A DNA stretch of 64,000 nt. Source: an uncultured Pseudomonadota bacterium. GTDB lineage: Bacteria; Oederibacteriota; Muellerivitia; Muellerivitales; Muellerivitaceae. The position numbers and the translations under genes are program-made. Under the pieces are notes generated by a model. It searched no databases, was not told the origin of the DNA, and saw nothing but the letters and a program-made list of their open reading frames with translations. Each line of letters starts with the position of its first letter. Within the stretch, counting starts at the first letter, position 1. Where the stretch lies: positions 69,353 to 133,352 of the forward strand of contig CAWIIP010000005.1 in assembly GCA_963836235.1 (NCBI GenBank), given 5' to 3'. Positions 28,660 through 37,618 of the stretch are shown piece after piece.

Positions 28660-29682
28660 TCAGGGAGTCGTTGGCGGCAATTGGTACAAGCCGACATGAT
28701 CGCCGCCGGCTATCATTAAAACATCGTCCGGGCTAACGGCCAAACCCCGGTCTCCCTGGATCAACACTCCTTTTTCATCCGTGAGGTCTCCCAGATAGCC
28801 GGTTTTAATACTATAGGCTTTCACGCAGCTGTTTCCGTTGGTGGCCGTGGAAACGAAGAATCTACCGTCTTTGTCCACCGCAACGGCAGCGACGCCGGCC
28901 TTGTACTTGAAAACCTTGAGTACTTTTCCGTCCTGGTCAAGCCATTGAAGACGCTCGTTTTCCGAATCGGCGACGAAATAATTCCCCTTCCCGTCCGAAG
29001 CCACGTCCAAAGGACTTTTGAATTGACCTTCGTCGGTGCCAAATCTTCCCCAAGAAGCGGCAACATGGCGATCAGGGGCGATCAAAAGAATTCTGTGGCT
29101 TCCCGTGTCGGCCAACAGGAAATTCTTCCCGTCGTAACCGATTCCCCGGGGGCCGTAAAGGTTTTTATCCCCTAAGTCGAGGTTTAATATTTGTTTTCCA
29201 TTTTCGTCATAACCCTTGATGGTACTGTTCCATGTATCGATTACATAACCGAACCCCTTATCGTCGGAAACCATTCCAGAGGGTTCATGAAAGCCCACAG
29301 AACCGCCTCCAGGCTTCCCCCAACTTTTTAAGAGGTTGCCCTTCCGGTCGAAAACCAAGACGCGGTTGTTTCCCTGGTCGACCACCATGACCTTGTCCTT
29401 CCCAACCGGCCCCACGCCCCAGGCGTTAAAGGGACCGCACTTGCTGTTTACACCCGAAAAGGTGCTGAGGGTCTGGACTTTGTAATCCTTAGGGACTTCC
29501 CCGTGGAAAAGGTTCATGCTTTCCACCAAGCAACCGATCAAGACCAGGGCTATCAATATCCGGATAACCGCCTTGCTTGAGCCAGACGCCGGGGGCGACA
29601 CCAGGGGTGGCGCTACGGGGGTTGTATACGCCGTCCCCCCCAAGTTCTTTTTTTTCGCGCTAGTTTTTTTCCGTGGCGGCAT
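28660..29682 (-). CDS. Membrane-anchored NHL-repeat beta-propeller protein (paralog 2)
   Basis: Lys-rich tail MPPRKKTSAKKKNL, a Pro/Ser-rich linker, one TM helix, then NHL blades. About 75% identical to the 37619-38641 product across the propeller. It is the first gene of the NHL/GT-C/GT-C/GT-C/YfhO gene string. Confidence 0.7.
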   Translation of the reverse strand: MPPRKKTSAKKKNLGGTAYTTPVAPPLVSPPASGSSKAVIRILIALVLIGCLVESMNLFHGEVPKDYKVQTLSTFSGVNSKCGPFNAWGVGPVGKDKVMVVDQGNNRVLVFDRKGNLLKSWGKPGGGSVGFHEPSGMVSDDKGFGYVIDTWNSTIKGYDENGKQILNLDLGDKNLYGPRGIGYDGKNFLLADTGSHRILLIAPDRHVAASWGRFGTDEGQFKSPLDVASDGKGNYFVADSENERLQWLDQDGKVLKVFKYKAGVAAVAVDKDGRFFVSTATNGNSCVKAYSIKTGYLGDLTDEKGVLIQGDRGLAVSPDDVLMIAGGDHVGLYQLPPTTP

Positions 29683-29715
29683 AAACCCTCCAATGAGATT
29701 CCAAATTTAGACGTC
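29683..29715 (-). promoter_or_regulatory. Conserved 5' leader/RBS element shared with the paralog at 37589-37618
   Basis: The 30 nt directly upstream of the ATG (GTCTAAATTTGGAATCTCATTGGAGGGTTT, minus strand) match the leader of the NHL paralog at 37589-37618 (GTCTAAGTTTGGGATCTCATCGGAGGGTTT) at 27 of 30 positions. Sequence further upstream and the first ~30 codons are unrelated. Confidence 0.4.
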
Positions 29716-30179
29716 CGACCCTGAATTCATTCTTTAATTTCAAAAAATAGAAGACCAAAAAAATCAACCCTTACCAGTGCCAGAATAAAAGCATAAAATC
29801 GGGCCCGCCCGAAACACGGGGTTTTTCACAAAAACACAGGGATTTTCCTTCGTAGAATGGCAAGGCCAGTAGGATATAACATCCTTTCGGCGATAACAAA
29901 GATTTTTTGGTGGTTGAACGCCTAAAACTTTCATGGCACCGTTCGAAAAAGGGCATTAACCAGGGGCAGTGGCATTGAGGGGGTGGAAGCCCAATCCGAA
30001 CGCTACCAACGGACACGCAAGCGTGTCTTCGCCTATTCTCAAGCCGTAAAAAATGGCTTTAAATTCAAACCTCAGGGCATCTTTACGTTTGTGTCCTACC
30101 CTTGACCCAAGTCAAGGGCCCCCCGACGCCAATTGGCAGCTGCATCCGGATTCAAAACCATCGGATGATCAAGTTTGAT

Positions 30180-32414
30180 TTAGTTCCATAGAGTTGTCCA
30201 TGAGTCCCTCTGCATGAACCAATCGGTCAAAGCCGGAAAATTGTGGCGCATGTAATAATATTCGTTGAAGGGGCAATCGTCGGTAATAACGATGCGCTTA
30301 TTCGAGTTGGTAAATCGGGCGTCCACGGAGTCCCCCAAAAAATCCCCCAGCAAGCTCTCGAGGGTTGTGCCAGAAGGCGCCCATTCCAGCATGTCGGCTT
30401 GGGCGGCAGGCGGTACCCTCGTAATCAACTCACTCACCGCAGGCACCTGGATGGGCTCCATGGAAGCGACATAATAAAGGCCGCCGACATTTCGGGTAAC
30501 AGTAGGAAAAACTTTGACATAGGGAAAGGACTCGAGGATGGTCCGGTTGAAAGCATTATCGGTATTGTAATTGTCCGCGTAATACCAAATTTGAAAAAGA
30601 CCTCCCTTTTTCAAGTGCGCCTTGATGATGCTAAAAAATTCCTTGGACAACAATAGGCTGCAGCCCGCGGCTTGCGGCGGCGGAGGCGGGTCAATGACAA
30701 TAACGTCATAAAGATCCTTCGTGCGCTTCAGGTATCTCCGGCCGTCGTCGATGACAACCTTGGCTTTGGGATTGCTCATTATTTTTTCGGCGTCGTCAAA
30801 AAAATACCCAAAGGAATCCCTCACGCTGGGGGTCAACTCCACGGCCGTGGTATCAATGCCCCAACTAACGAGAGACCGGAAGGACCCCCCCATCCCGAAA
30901 CAAATGGTCAAGGCGTTTTCAGGTTTGTGATCCAGCAAGCATAGGGGTATGTGGGCCATGAACTTGGTTGTGGTTCTAAGAACTGTCATTCTAATACCAT
31001 TGACGTATAACATCCGGTCAAAACCCGTGTCAGCGCAAATGACGGTAGCGTTGTAATCTCGGCGGACGACCCCCTTCACGAGCGTCTCATAACTATTGCT
31101 GATGAGAACAGAAACGAACATAAGAAGGATGGCGGCGGTGGGCACGGCCAGCTCACGAGGTTTCAGCGCCTTCCAATGCTTCAGTATCAGGATTAAAAAA
31201 GGGAAAGCCAAAAGCGCTAAGGAAAGCTTCACTCCCAGCCACGGAAGACAGAGATAGGAAGCGAGCAGGGGCCCCAAAATGCATCCAATCACGTTCACCG
31301 CATAAGCCTTCCCGGCGTTTTTGGGATTCCCTCGACCGATTTCGTCCACCAACTTGGGGGTCAGGTACCCCAGAATGGCGCAAAAAGGGACGATGGTCAG
31401 AAGAATGCAAAAAGTGGAATGGTTAAATCGGGGATCGGTGAACACGACCGGGAAAAGGGAAAAAACAGCCACCCAAGCCAGGAGCATTTGATGGGTGAGT
31501 TTCTTGGCAAAAACCCATCCGGACCGGTAAACAAGGGAGCCGATCCACGTCGACAAAAGATAGGTGAACAGGATCGCGCCGAAAGAATAGACCTCGTTTC
31601 CGATGATGGGAATGAAGGCCCTGGTCCATATCACTTCCATGGCCATGGAGCCGAAACCGCTGAGGAATAGAATGCTCACCATAAGTTTCGTGTCAGGCCG
31701 CCAAAATGGCCGGGAATCCAGTTCGGGCTTCGTTTTTTTACCCGCTCTGGGGGCGGCTTTGGTTTCCGATGGCCATATTCTCAATACGATACCCATGGCG
31801 ATCCCCAAGAAAGCGACGCTGAAATTCATCAAGGCCCCAATAATAAGGGTTCCTGAAAAGCCGAGTAGTTCGATGAAGGCAATGACGGTAAGAAAGGTCC
31901 CCCCCAGGGCGCCCAGTACATTCGCCACATAAAGATAGCTGAAACTGGTCGTCTCGGAAGGTACCCTTTCCTTAACAAAAGCCATCATGAGGGGAAAAGT
32001 CGCCCCCATAAAGAAGCACCAAGGAAGGATGGAAATCGCGATAAACATCGCCGAGGCAAGGAGATAACCGAACGAATTCATCTCGCCGAACCCCAAGAGA
32101 ACGCTCGAGCTCCAATGAAAAAGTTTAGGTACCGCGAAAGCTCCCAGGCCGATAAATAATTCCGCCAAGGCGTAGAAAAAGATCGGCGAGATTTTCAACT
32201 TTCCCGCTACGCGCGAAACCCAGACCCCGGCCAGCCAAGATCCAAGGGCTAAACCCATCATGAAGATGGAAATGACGACTGAGAGAACGGGGGTATTGAC
32301 CCCATAGGTGGCGTAGGCCAAGCGCACCCAGACGATTTGGTAAAGCAGCCCGCAAAATCCGGAAAAAAAGAACATAAGAAACACGAAGGGAAAAAGGATT
32401 TTATTTTTTTGCAA
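30180..32414 (-). CDS. Fused MFS-like transporter / spermidine-synthase-like (PABS-fold) protein
   Basis: N-terminal ~480 aa carry 12-14 TM helices of MFS type. The C-terminal ~260 aa have a class-I MTase/spermidine-synthase-like fold (ALTICFGMGGSF ... VVIDDGRRYL ... DVIVIDPPPP) with a degenerate GGGDG motif. Confidence 0.7.
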   Translation of the reverse strand: MQKNKILFPFVFLMFFFSGFCGLLYQIVWVRLAYATYGVNTPVLSVVISIFMMGLALGSWLAGVWVSRVAGKLKISPIFFYALAELFIGLGAFAVPKLFHWSSSVLLGFGEMNSFGYLLASAMFIAISILPWCFFMGATFPLMMAFVKERVPSETTSFSYLYVANVLGALGGTFLTVIAFIELLGFSGTLIIGALMNFSVAFLGIAMGIVLRIWPSETKAAPRAGKKTKPELDSRPFWRPDTKLMVSILFLSGFGSMAMEVIWTRAFIPIIGNEVYSFGAILFTYLLSTWIGSLVYRSGWVFAKKLTHQMLLAWVAVFSLFPVVFTDPRFNHSTFCILLTIVPFCAILGYLTPKLVDEIGRGNPKNAGKAYAVNVIGCILGPLLASYLCLPWLGVKLSLALLAFPFLILILKHWKALKPRELAVPTAAILLMFVSVLISNSYETLVKGVVRRDYNATVICADTGFDRMLYVNGIRMTVLRTTTKFMAHIPLCLLDHKPENALTICFGMGGSFRSLVSWGIDTTAVELTPSVRDSFGYFFDDAEKIMSNPKAKVVIDDGRRYLKRTKDLYDVIVIDPPPPPQAAGCSLLLSKEFFSIIKAHLKKGGLFQIWYYADNYNTDNAFNRTILESFPYVKVFPTVTRNVGGLYYVASMEPIQVPAVSELITRVPPAAQADMLEWAPSGTTLESLLGDFLGDSVDARFTNSNKRIVITDDCPFNEYYYMRHNFPALTDWFMQRDSWTTLWN

Positions 32415-32817
32415 AAGGAGTCCTCCGGGCGAATGATAAAAGACGGCTAAATTCCTAACAAAAATAAACTAAAACCACACAAAAAAAATTCCTTCAATCG
32501 GACCACCGCTCAATTTCCACCCCCGGCAATTATCAAAAGGGCTTAACCTCTCACCGACAAGACACCGGAGGGAGGAAGTCCTGAAAGGCTCTGCTCATGA
32601 CGGATAAAAACCGGATTTCAAAAACGGACTCTCCCAGAGGGGCAGCCGAATTATATCACAAAAGAATCAGGGGCGATCAATGAGCGGATTTCCAGCACCC
32701 TTTTAAAAACCACCTTTGAAATCTTCGAACCGACCGGGTTTGCGTGAGGCTTCATCTGCATAAAAAAAATTCATTTCCATTGTGGGTTTTAACGGCTCGG
32801 CCTTAAGACTCCATCCA

Positions 32818-35148
32818 CTACGATCGTTTTCCGGAAGGGCGCGGGCTTTTTCTACGGCCTTCAAAATTCGCGGCCACGGTTTTCACTGGTCGAGCTAAAG
32901 GGAAAACTCCTCCAAATCGGGTGGAGAACCATTGGTCCAACCGCCGGTGGAAGAACCAAGCGGCCACTAGGGCTATCCAGGTGAACAGTGAATAATAGAA
33001 AGTATAAACAATGATGGGTGGATAGAAGGACATTTTCACCTGATGGTGGCCTGTCATTAAAAGGGGGACCGCCCGGAAGGTTCCATCCGCCTGGTAAATG
33101 GGTTCCTCCTTGCCATCCACCCATGCCTTCCATCCCGGGAAGTAGGAATCCGAGAGGAAAAGAAAACAGGGCCGATCGTTCGAGCATTCCATTTCCACGT
33201 CGTTGTAATCGTAACGTGTGATCTTGGCTTCACCCACCCACCCTTTCAGCCCCTCTGGTTTTTCCACGGGCTCTCGGGCCAAGACCACTTCCTGCCGGGG
33301 GTCCAACTTCTCATCCCGGATGTCCTCAATGACTTGGTTATAATCCGGATTCACCCTGTAGCCGCCCACCATAAAGGCGCGAGGATAGGCCTTCATGTTG
33401 TTCCAAACCGACACCATGGCTCCTGGGATCGGTTGCCAACGATCAGTGGGATGGGAACCTTCCGGCCGGTAATTGTATTTAAGTCGTATCAAATCTACCA
33501 GCGGCGTTTCCTGATGGTAATATTCCTCATCCATGTATTTTTGGGTCGTCTGGATAAAAAGGGAACCGCACCCGGTAACAACGGAACTGATGTTTTGAAG
33601 GAGCTGGTATTCGCAATAGGTGCTTCCGGGCTGGGCTCTCGGATAGGTGGGGTCATCCTTGATCTTTTTGAGGAGGCCGGGCGGAAATAAATCGGTAAAG
33701 AAGAAATTGGACCCGCCCGAACCAATGGCATTTTTCGCGTCGAAACGGTAAAGGTCGATAGCCGTGCCCAAGAGCAGGAATGTGGGGACCCCAAATGCGA
33801 GAAAGAACCTAAAAAACCCGGTTAAGCGCTTTTGATTCCTCCAGTAGTTGGTCCAGACGTCCAAAGTCAGGCCAGCCATGCAAGCCAGCACGAAAGTCGT
33901 CAAAATCATAATACGGGAGGGAACCCGGTTACGCGCAAGCCCTGGAATGAATTTGGAAAAGAACAAATAAATATAATGGGTCGGCGTGGTGGTATCGGCC
34001 ATGGCCAAGGTCATGCTTAAAACGGCCACAAGGCCCAGCCACCAAACCACGGGCCTCTTCCGTAACCCTACAAAGCCCAAAAGGGCAAGGAAAATAGGGA
34101 TAAGTCCCAGGTAAGCAATGACTTCCGCGTATCCCCCTGTTCCATGGTAATTTCCCGGATCTCCAGCGAAAAAAGGATCGATAAAAAAACGGAAATTGGC
34201 AGGGACAAAAGCATCCCGCATAAAATCATGCGAATCCCAAAGCATGCGATTGCTTAAAAGGGCGAACTGATAGGTCGGCGCCATTTGGCACAACCCCAGG
34301 GAAAAACCAATCAGGATAAAAGCCGATTCCGCGCCCAAGAATTCCTTCCAATTGATTCCGCCTCTCATCCAGGCCCAAAGGAGAAAAAAACCGGTAATCA
34401 TCAGGACATATAGGCTGATTTGGGGCGTGCCATCCAGGATACACAAGCCGAAAGCCCCGGATGAAAATAATAGGGCGGAAATCCGGTGGTTATCCGTAAA
34501 TCGCTTGAGACCGTAAAGAGCAAACGGAAACCAAGCGGCCCCGGTAATAATGTTTAAGCCACCCATATAAAATTTACCCATAAAGTATCCGGAAAAGGCG
34601 AAAGCCAACCCGCCCAGGCAAGCCCCTATCCAACCGGTTCCCAGGCTTCGGATGAAAAGGTAGGTTCCGAAAGCCAAAATGATGAAATGGAAAAAGTAGC
34701 TCAACGTAAAGGCATAGCTGGTTGGATACATGAAAAAAAGGAAATTAAAAGGTGCATAGGGCCCAGAGCTGGCACTGGCCAAGAAAGGCTGGCCCATGCT
34801 GCTATAGGGATTCCACAGCGCAGGGTAGCCCCTTTTCAAGCTTTCGATCCAAACATACTTGTAGGGCCACGCGCATATCATGTCCCCAATGCCGGGGATC
34901 CACTCGCGATGGGTTAAAAAGGGCCAAAGGAAGAGGGCGCTAAATATGGCGAAAAAGACGCAGGCATAAAGGGATTCTAATTCAAAAACACGCCCATTAT
35001 TTTCCGTTTCCGAAACCGGCTCTTGACGCGGCAAGTCCAATGAATGGGACGCCCAAGACGAAACCTCGGGGGAACGTTTGGATCTAATTCCGCCTTTTTT
35101 CGACATGAATTTTTTTTTCAAAATAAATTCCTTGATATCCGGATTCAT
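32818..35148 (-). CDS. YfhO-like GT-C membrane protein (paralog B)
   Basis: 776 aa. N-terminal motif MICAWPYKYVWIESLKRGYPALWNPYSSMGQPFLASASSGPYAPFNFLFF parallels 18719-21070. Same topology, including a terminal TM helix. Confidence 0.6.
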   Translation of the reverse strand: MNPDIKEFILKKKFMSKKGGIRSKRSPEVSSWASHSLDLPRQEPVSETENNGRVFELESLYACVFFAIFSALFLWPFLTHREWIPGIGDMICAWPYKYVWIESLKRGYPALWNPYSSMGQPFLASASSGPYAPFNFLFFMYPTSYAFTLSYFFHFIILAFGTYLFIRSLGTGWIGACLGGLAFAFSGYFMGKFYMGGLNIITGAAWFPFALYGLKRFTDNHRISALLFSSGAFGLCILDGTPQISLYVLMITGFFLLWAWMRGGINWKEFLGAESAFILIGFSLGLCQMAPTYQFALLSNRMLWDSHDFMRDAFVPANFRFFIDPFFAGDPGNYHGTGGYAEVIAYLGLIPIFLALLGFVGLRKRPVVWWLGLVAVLSMTLAMADTTTPTHYIYLFFSKFIPGLARNRVPSRIMILTTFVLACMAGLTLDVWTNYWRNQKRLTGFFRFFLAFGVPTFLLLGTAIDLYRFDAKNAIGSGGSNFFFTDLFPPGLLKKIKDDPTYPRAQPGSTYCEYQLLQNISSVVTGCGSLFIQTTQKYMDEEYYHQETPLVDLIRLKYNYRPEGSHPTDRWQPIPGAMVSVWNNMKAYPRAFMVGGYRVNPDYNQVIEDIRDEKLDPRQEVVLAREPVEKPEGLKGWVGEAKITRYDYNDVEMECSNDRPCFLFLSDSYFPGWKAWVDGKEEPIYQADGTFRAVPLLMTGHHQVKMSFYPPIIVYTFYYSLFTWIALVAAWFFHRRLDQWFSTRFGGVFPLARPVKTVAANFEGRRKSPRPSGKRS

Positions 35149-35218
35149 TTCGACCGACTTAAATTATCGCATAAAATCACCGTCTGGGGTAAAGGCCAGC
35201 CATTTCAAAAGTTTGAAC

Positions 35219-36280
35219 TTACGTGTTTTGGGTCTTATGGGCAGTGGCATAGAGCAGAAGCCCGTTGACCACGAAAACTCTTTCCAGGGTAAAGCCATTC
35301 TCAGCCAAAGTCCTTTTTAACCGCACCTTGGTGAAATGGTGGATATGCCCGCAACGGTACTTATGGTAAACACTCCCTCGGATATAACCCATGTAAAGGC
35401 AGTTCAAGTTGAAAAGGATGAAGAAGGGCCCGAGGAAGAAATCGTAAGGAACGGTGATGAGAAATTTTCCATTGTCCTTCAGTATCCGGCGGACCTCCCC
35501 CAAAACATCCTTTTGGTTGAAGACATGCTCCAAAACCTCGGACATAAGCACCACGTCAAACCCCTTGGATTTTAAGCCCGTTTTGGACAGGTCCGCCGCG
35601 ACCTTGAAACCCGTCAGCCGCTTGTTCTTTTTCGCCCATTTCAACATTTGGGCATTGATGTCCACCCCGAAGACCGGCAGGTGGTGGATGTTCCATTTGC
35701 AGTTTCCGCAGCCCAGGTCCGCCATCTTCATACCCTTTTGGAAGGACTCGGATACGAATTGGGTTAACCGCTCATAACGGGAACGGTGATACCAAGCCCT
35801 GAACTTGCTCACTTTGGTTTCATCCGTCATTTCATCGTAATAACTTTCGTTCATCTCCTTGTATTCCACCTCGGCCATCTTTGCCGAGCTAAAAGTGGAG
35901 ATGCGGTTCAAAAAGGCGTTGGAAACCGCCAGGATGATCAGGCAGGTAATGAGCCCCTCGGGCAGGCTGAAGCCCTGGCTCATGAAAACCCAAAGCATGG
36001 CCGCGCTCCCTACCGAAACCCAAAAACTCATGAACAAATGCAGGGGGAACGAGGTTTTCATTTGAATTTCGTGGTTCACATAGACCACGTTGTAATAAAC
36101 GAAGTGGAAGGCTTGGTTGAAAAAGGTCCCGATGAAAAAAGCGATCATGGGATTCCAACCGAGGCGGAGGGCCAGGAAAAGGGTCACTCCCAAATTGAGC
36201 GCGGCGCCCAAAAATCCCCCCAGCAGGAAAATGAGGATCGCGGGGTGTCGCCAGCGTTGGACCACGGCATGCTCAGGCAT
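35219..36280 (-). CDS. GtrA-like membrane domain fused to class I SAM-dependent methyltransferase
   Basis: The N-terminal ~150 aa form a 4-TM GtrA-like module (ILIFLLGGFLGAALNLGVTLFLAL...). The C-terminal domain has MTase motif I MADLGCGNCKW and motif III DVVLMSEVLEHV. Confidence 0.65.
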   Translation of the reverse strand: MPEHAVVQRWRHPAILIFLLGGFLGAALNLGVTLFLALRLGWNPMIAFFIGTFFNQAFHFVYYNVVYVNHEIQMKTSFPLHLFMSFWVSVGSAAMLWVFMSQGFSLPEGLITCLIILAVSNAFLNRISTFSSAKMAEVEYKEMNESYYDEMTDETKVSKFRAWYHRSRYERLTQFVSESFQKGMKMADLGCGNCKWNIHHLPVFGVDINAQMLKWAKKNKRLTGFKVAADLSKTGLKSKGFDVVLMSEVLEHVFNQKDVLGEVRRILKDNGKFLITVPYDFFLGPFFILFNLNCLYMGYIRGSVYHKYRCGHIHHFTKVRLKRTLAENGFTLERVFVVNGLLLYATAHKTQNT

Positions 36281-36283
36281 GGT

Positions 36284-37093
36284 TTATCCTTTACGCGCGA
36301 CGATGAAGTAACAGGCTCCCGGCGCGCCATCGGTGTTGAGGTCTTTGCGCAACCAATTCGTCGCGAACCACTTGACCGGCCCACGGGGGCCGACGACCCA
36401 CCGTCCAAATAGAAGTTTGATGATCTTGGAAGGAAAGGCCAGGATCATCCAGCGTTCATAGGTATGAAAAGTCTTCAGGGGAATAATGTAGTCGGCCTTT
36501 TCCATTTTGAGCCCGGCTTTTTTCAAGCGTTTTTTCCAGATTTCGGCGTTGTCTACATGGAAGTGCTTGAAGGTTTGATTCAGTTTGTCCACATACAACT
36601 TGCCCAAGCCAGAAAGACCCACTTTCGAAAGCAGGTTACGGAAGAAGGAATCGTTGCTGAAGCATTCGCTAGGGACGGTAATTATCAGGCGGCCCTTAGG
36701 CTTCAGCACCCGGTGAATTTCCTTTAAGGCGCCGTCGATATCCGGAATATGTTCCAACACACAATTACTGACCACGGTCTTAAAGGAGTTTTTGGGGAAA
36801 GGCAGTTCAGTGGCGCTGGCGCAAAGAGCCTTTTTGTAGCTTTTACTCTCAACCGCTCTTTTAACCTCGTCCGGGTCTAGGTCAATGCCAGCTTCCAAGT
36901 TGCCACCAAAGGCGACCCTAGCCAGGAAGCCATCCCCGCAACCCACGTCCAAAACAGGATGTTCCAACTTTTCCTTCGAGAATCGGTGGCATTCCATCGA
37001 ACGCCAAAAAGCCATGGCGATGGGTGTTTTTTCCAGGTATTGGCGAAAAAATTCCTCACGGCTTCTTGGGTCAATTTTCAAATGCTTCTCCAT
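36284..37093 (-). CDS. Class I SAM-dependent methyltransferase
   Basis: Motif I VLDVGCGDGFLA, VVSNCVLEHIPD, and RVLKPKGRLIITVP. It stops 3 nt upstream of the GtrA-MTase gene. Confidence 0.75.
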   Translation of the reverse strand: MEKHLKIDPRSREEFFRQYLEKTPIAMAFWRSMECHRFSKEKLEHPVLDVGCGDGFLARVAFGGNLEAGIDLDPDEVKRAVESKSYKKALCASATELPFPKNSFKTVVSNCVLEHIPDIDGALKEIHRVLKPKGRLIITVPSECFSNDSFFRNLLSKVGLSGLGKLYVDKLNQTFKHFHVDNAEIWKKRLKKAGLKMEKADYIIPLKTFHTYERWMILAFPSKIIKLLFGRWVVGPRGPVKWFATNWLRKDLNTDGAPGACYFIVARKG

Positions 37094-37588
37094 AAAGGAC
37101 TTGGTTTACTAAAAAGGTACCGAAAATACTTTTAAGCAACCTGTTAAAAGTATCTTAGTTTACCAGTAAAGGGTCGTTTCCGGATTGCCAACTTTAAAAT
37201 CTTCTAAAAAATTGTGCTGAACTACCTTCCCGGCACTAATGTAATCAGCCAATTCTTCGCTCGGTCCGAACTCCCGGAGACCAACAACGCGGCGTCAAAA
37301 TCCGAATGACAAAGCGAAACTTTCCTCCCTTTTGACATTTAACTGGAAAATTGGTCTTGATCGGCTCCGAAGCTTAAAGCCAAAAGACTTAAAGTGATTG
37401 ACCTTCTAAAACTGGATCGTAAAATCATGTCTCGGGATATTTGTTTAGCTTTAGTCAATTTGATTCAGTGGATGAGAGCTAAAACTCGATTGGGTGGTTG
37501 ATGTCCATTTGCCGCAAGCTCCAAATCCGGGTTAATACGCCAACAAAGCTTCTAACGATATAATCATGGGAATGTATCAACCTAAAAT

Positions 37589-37618
37589 GTCTAAGTTTGG
37601 GATCTCATCGGAGGGTTT
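37589..37618 (+). promoter_or_regulatory. Conserved 5' leader/RBS element (partner of 29683-29715)
   Basis: See 29683-29715. The two 30-nt leaders of inverted NHL paralogs match at 27 of 30 positions and include the GGAGGG RBS. Confidence 0.4.
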
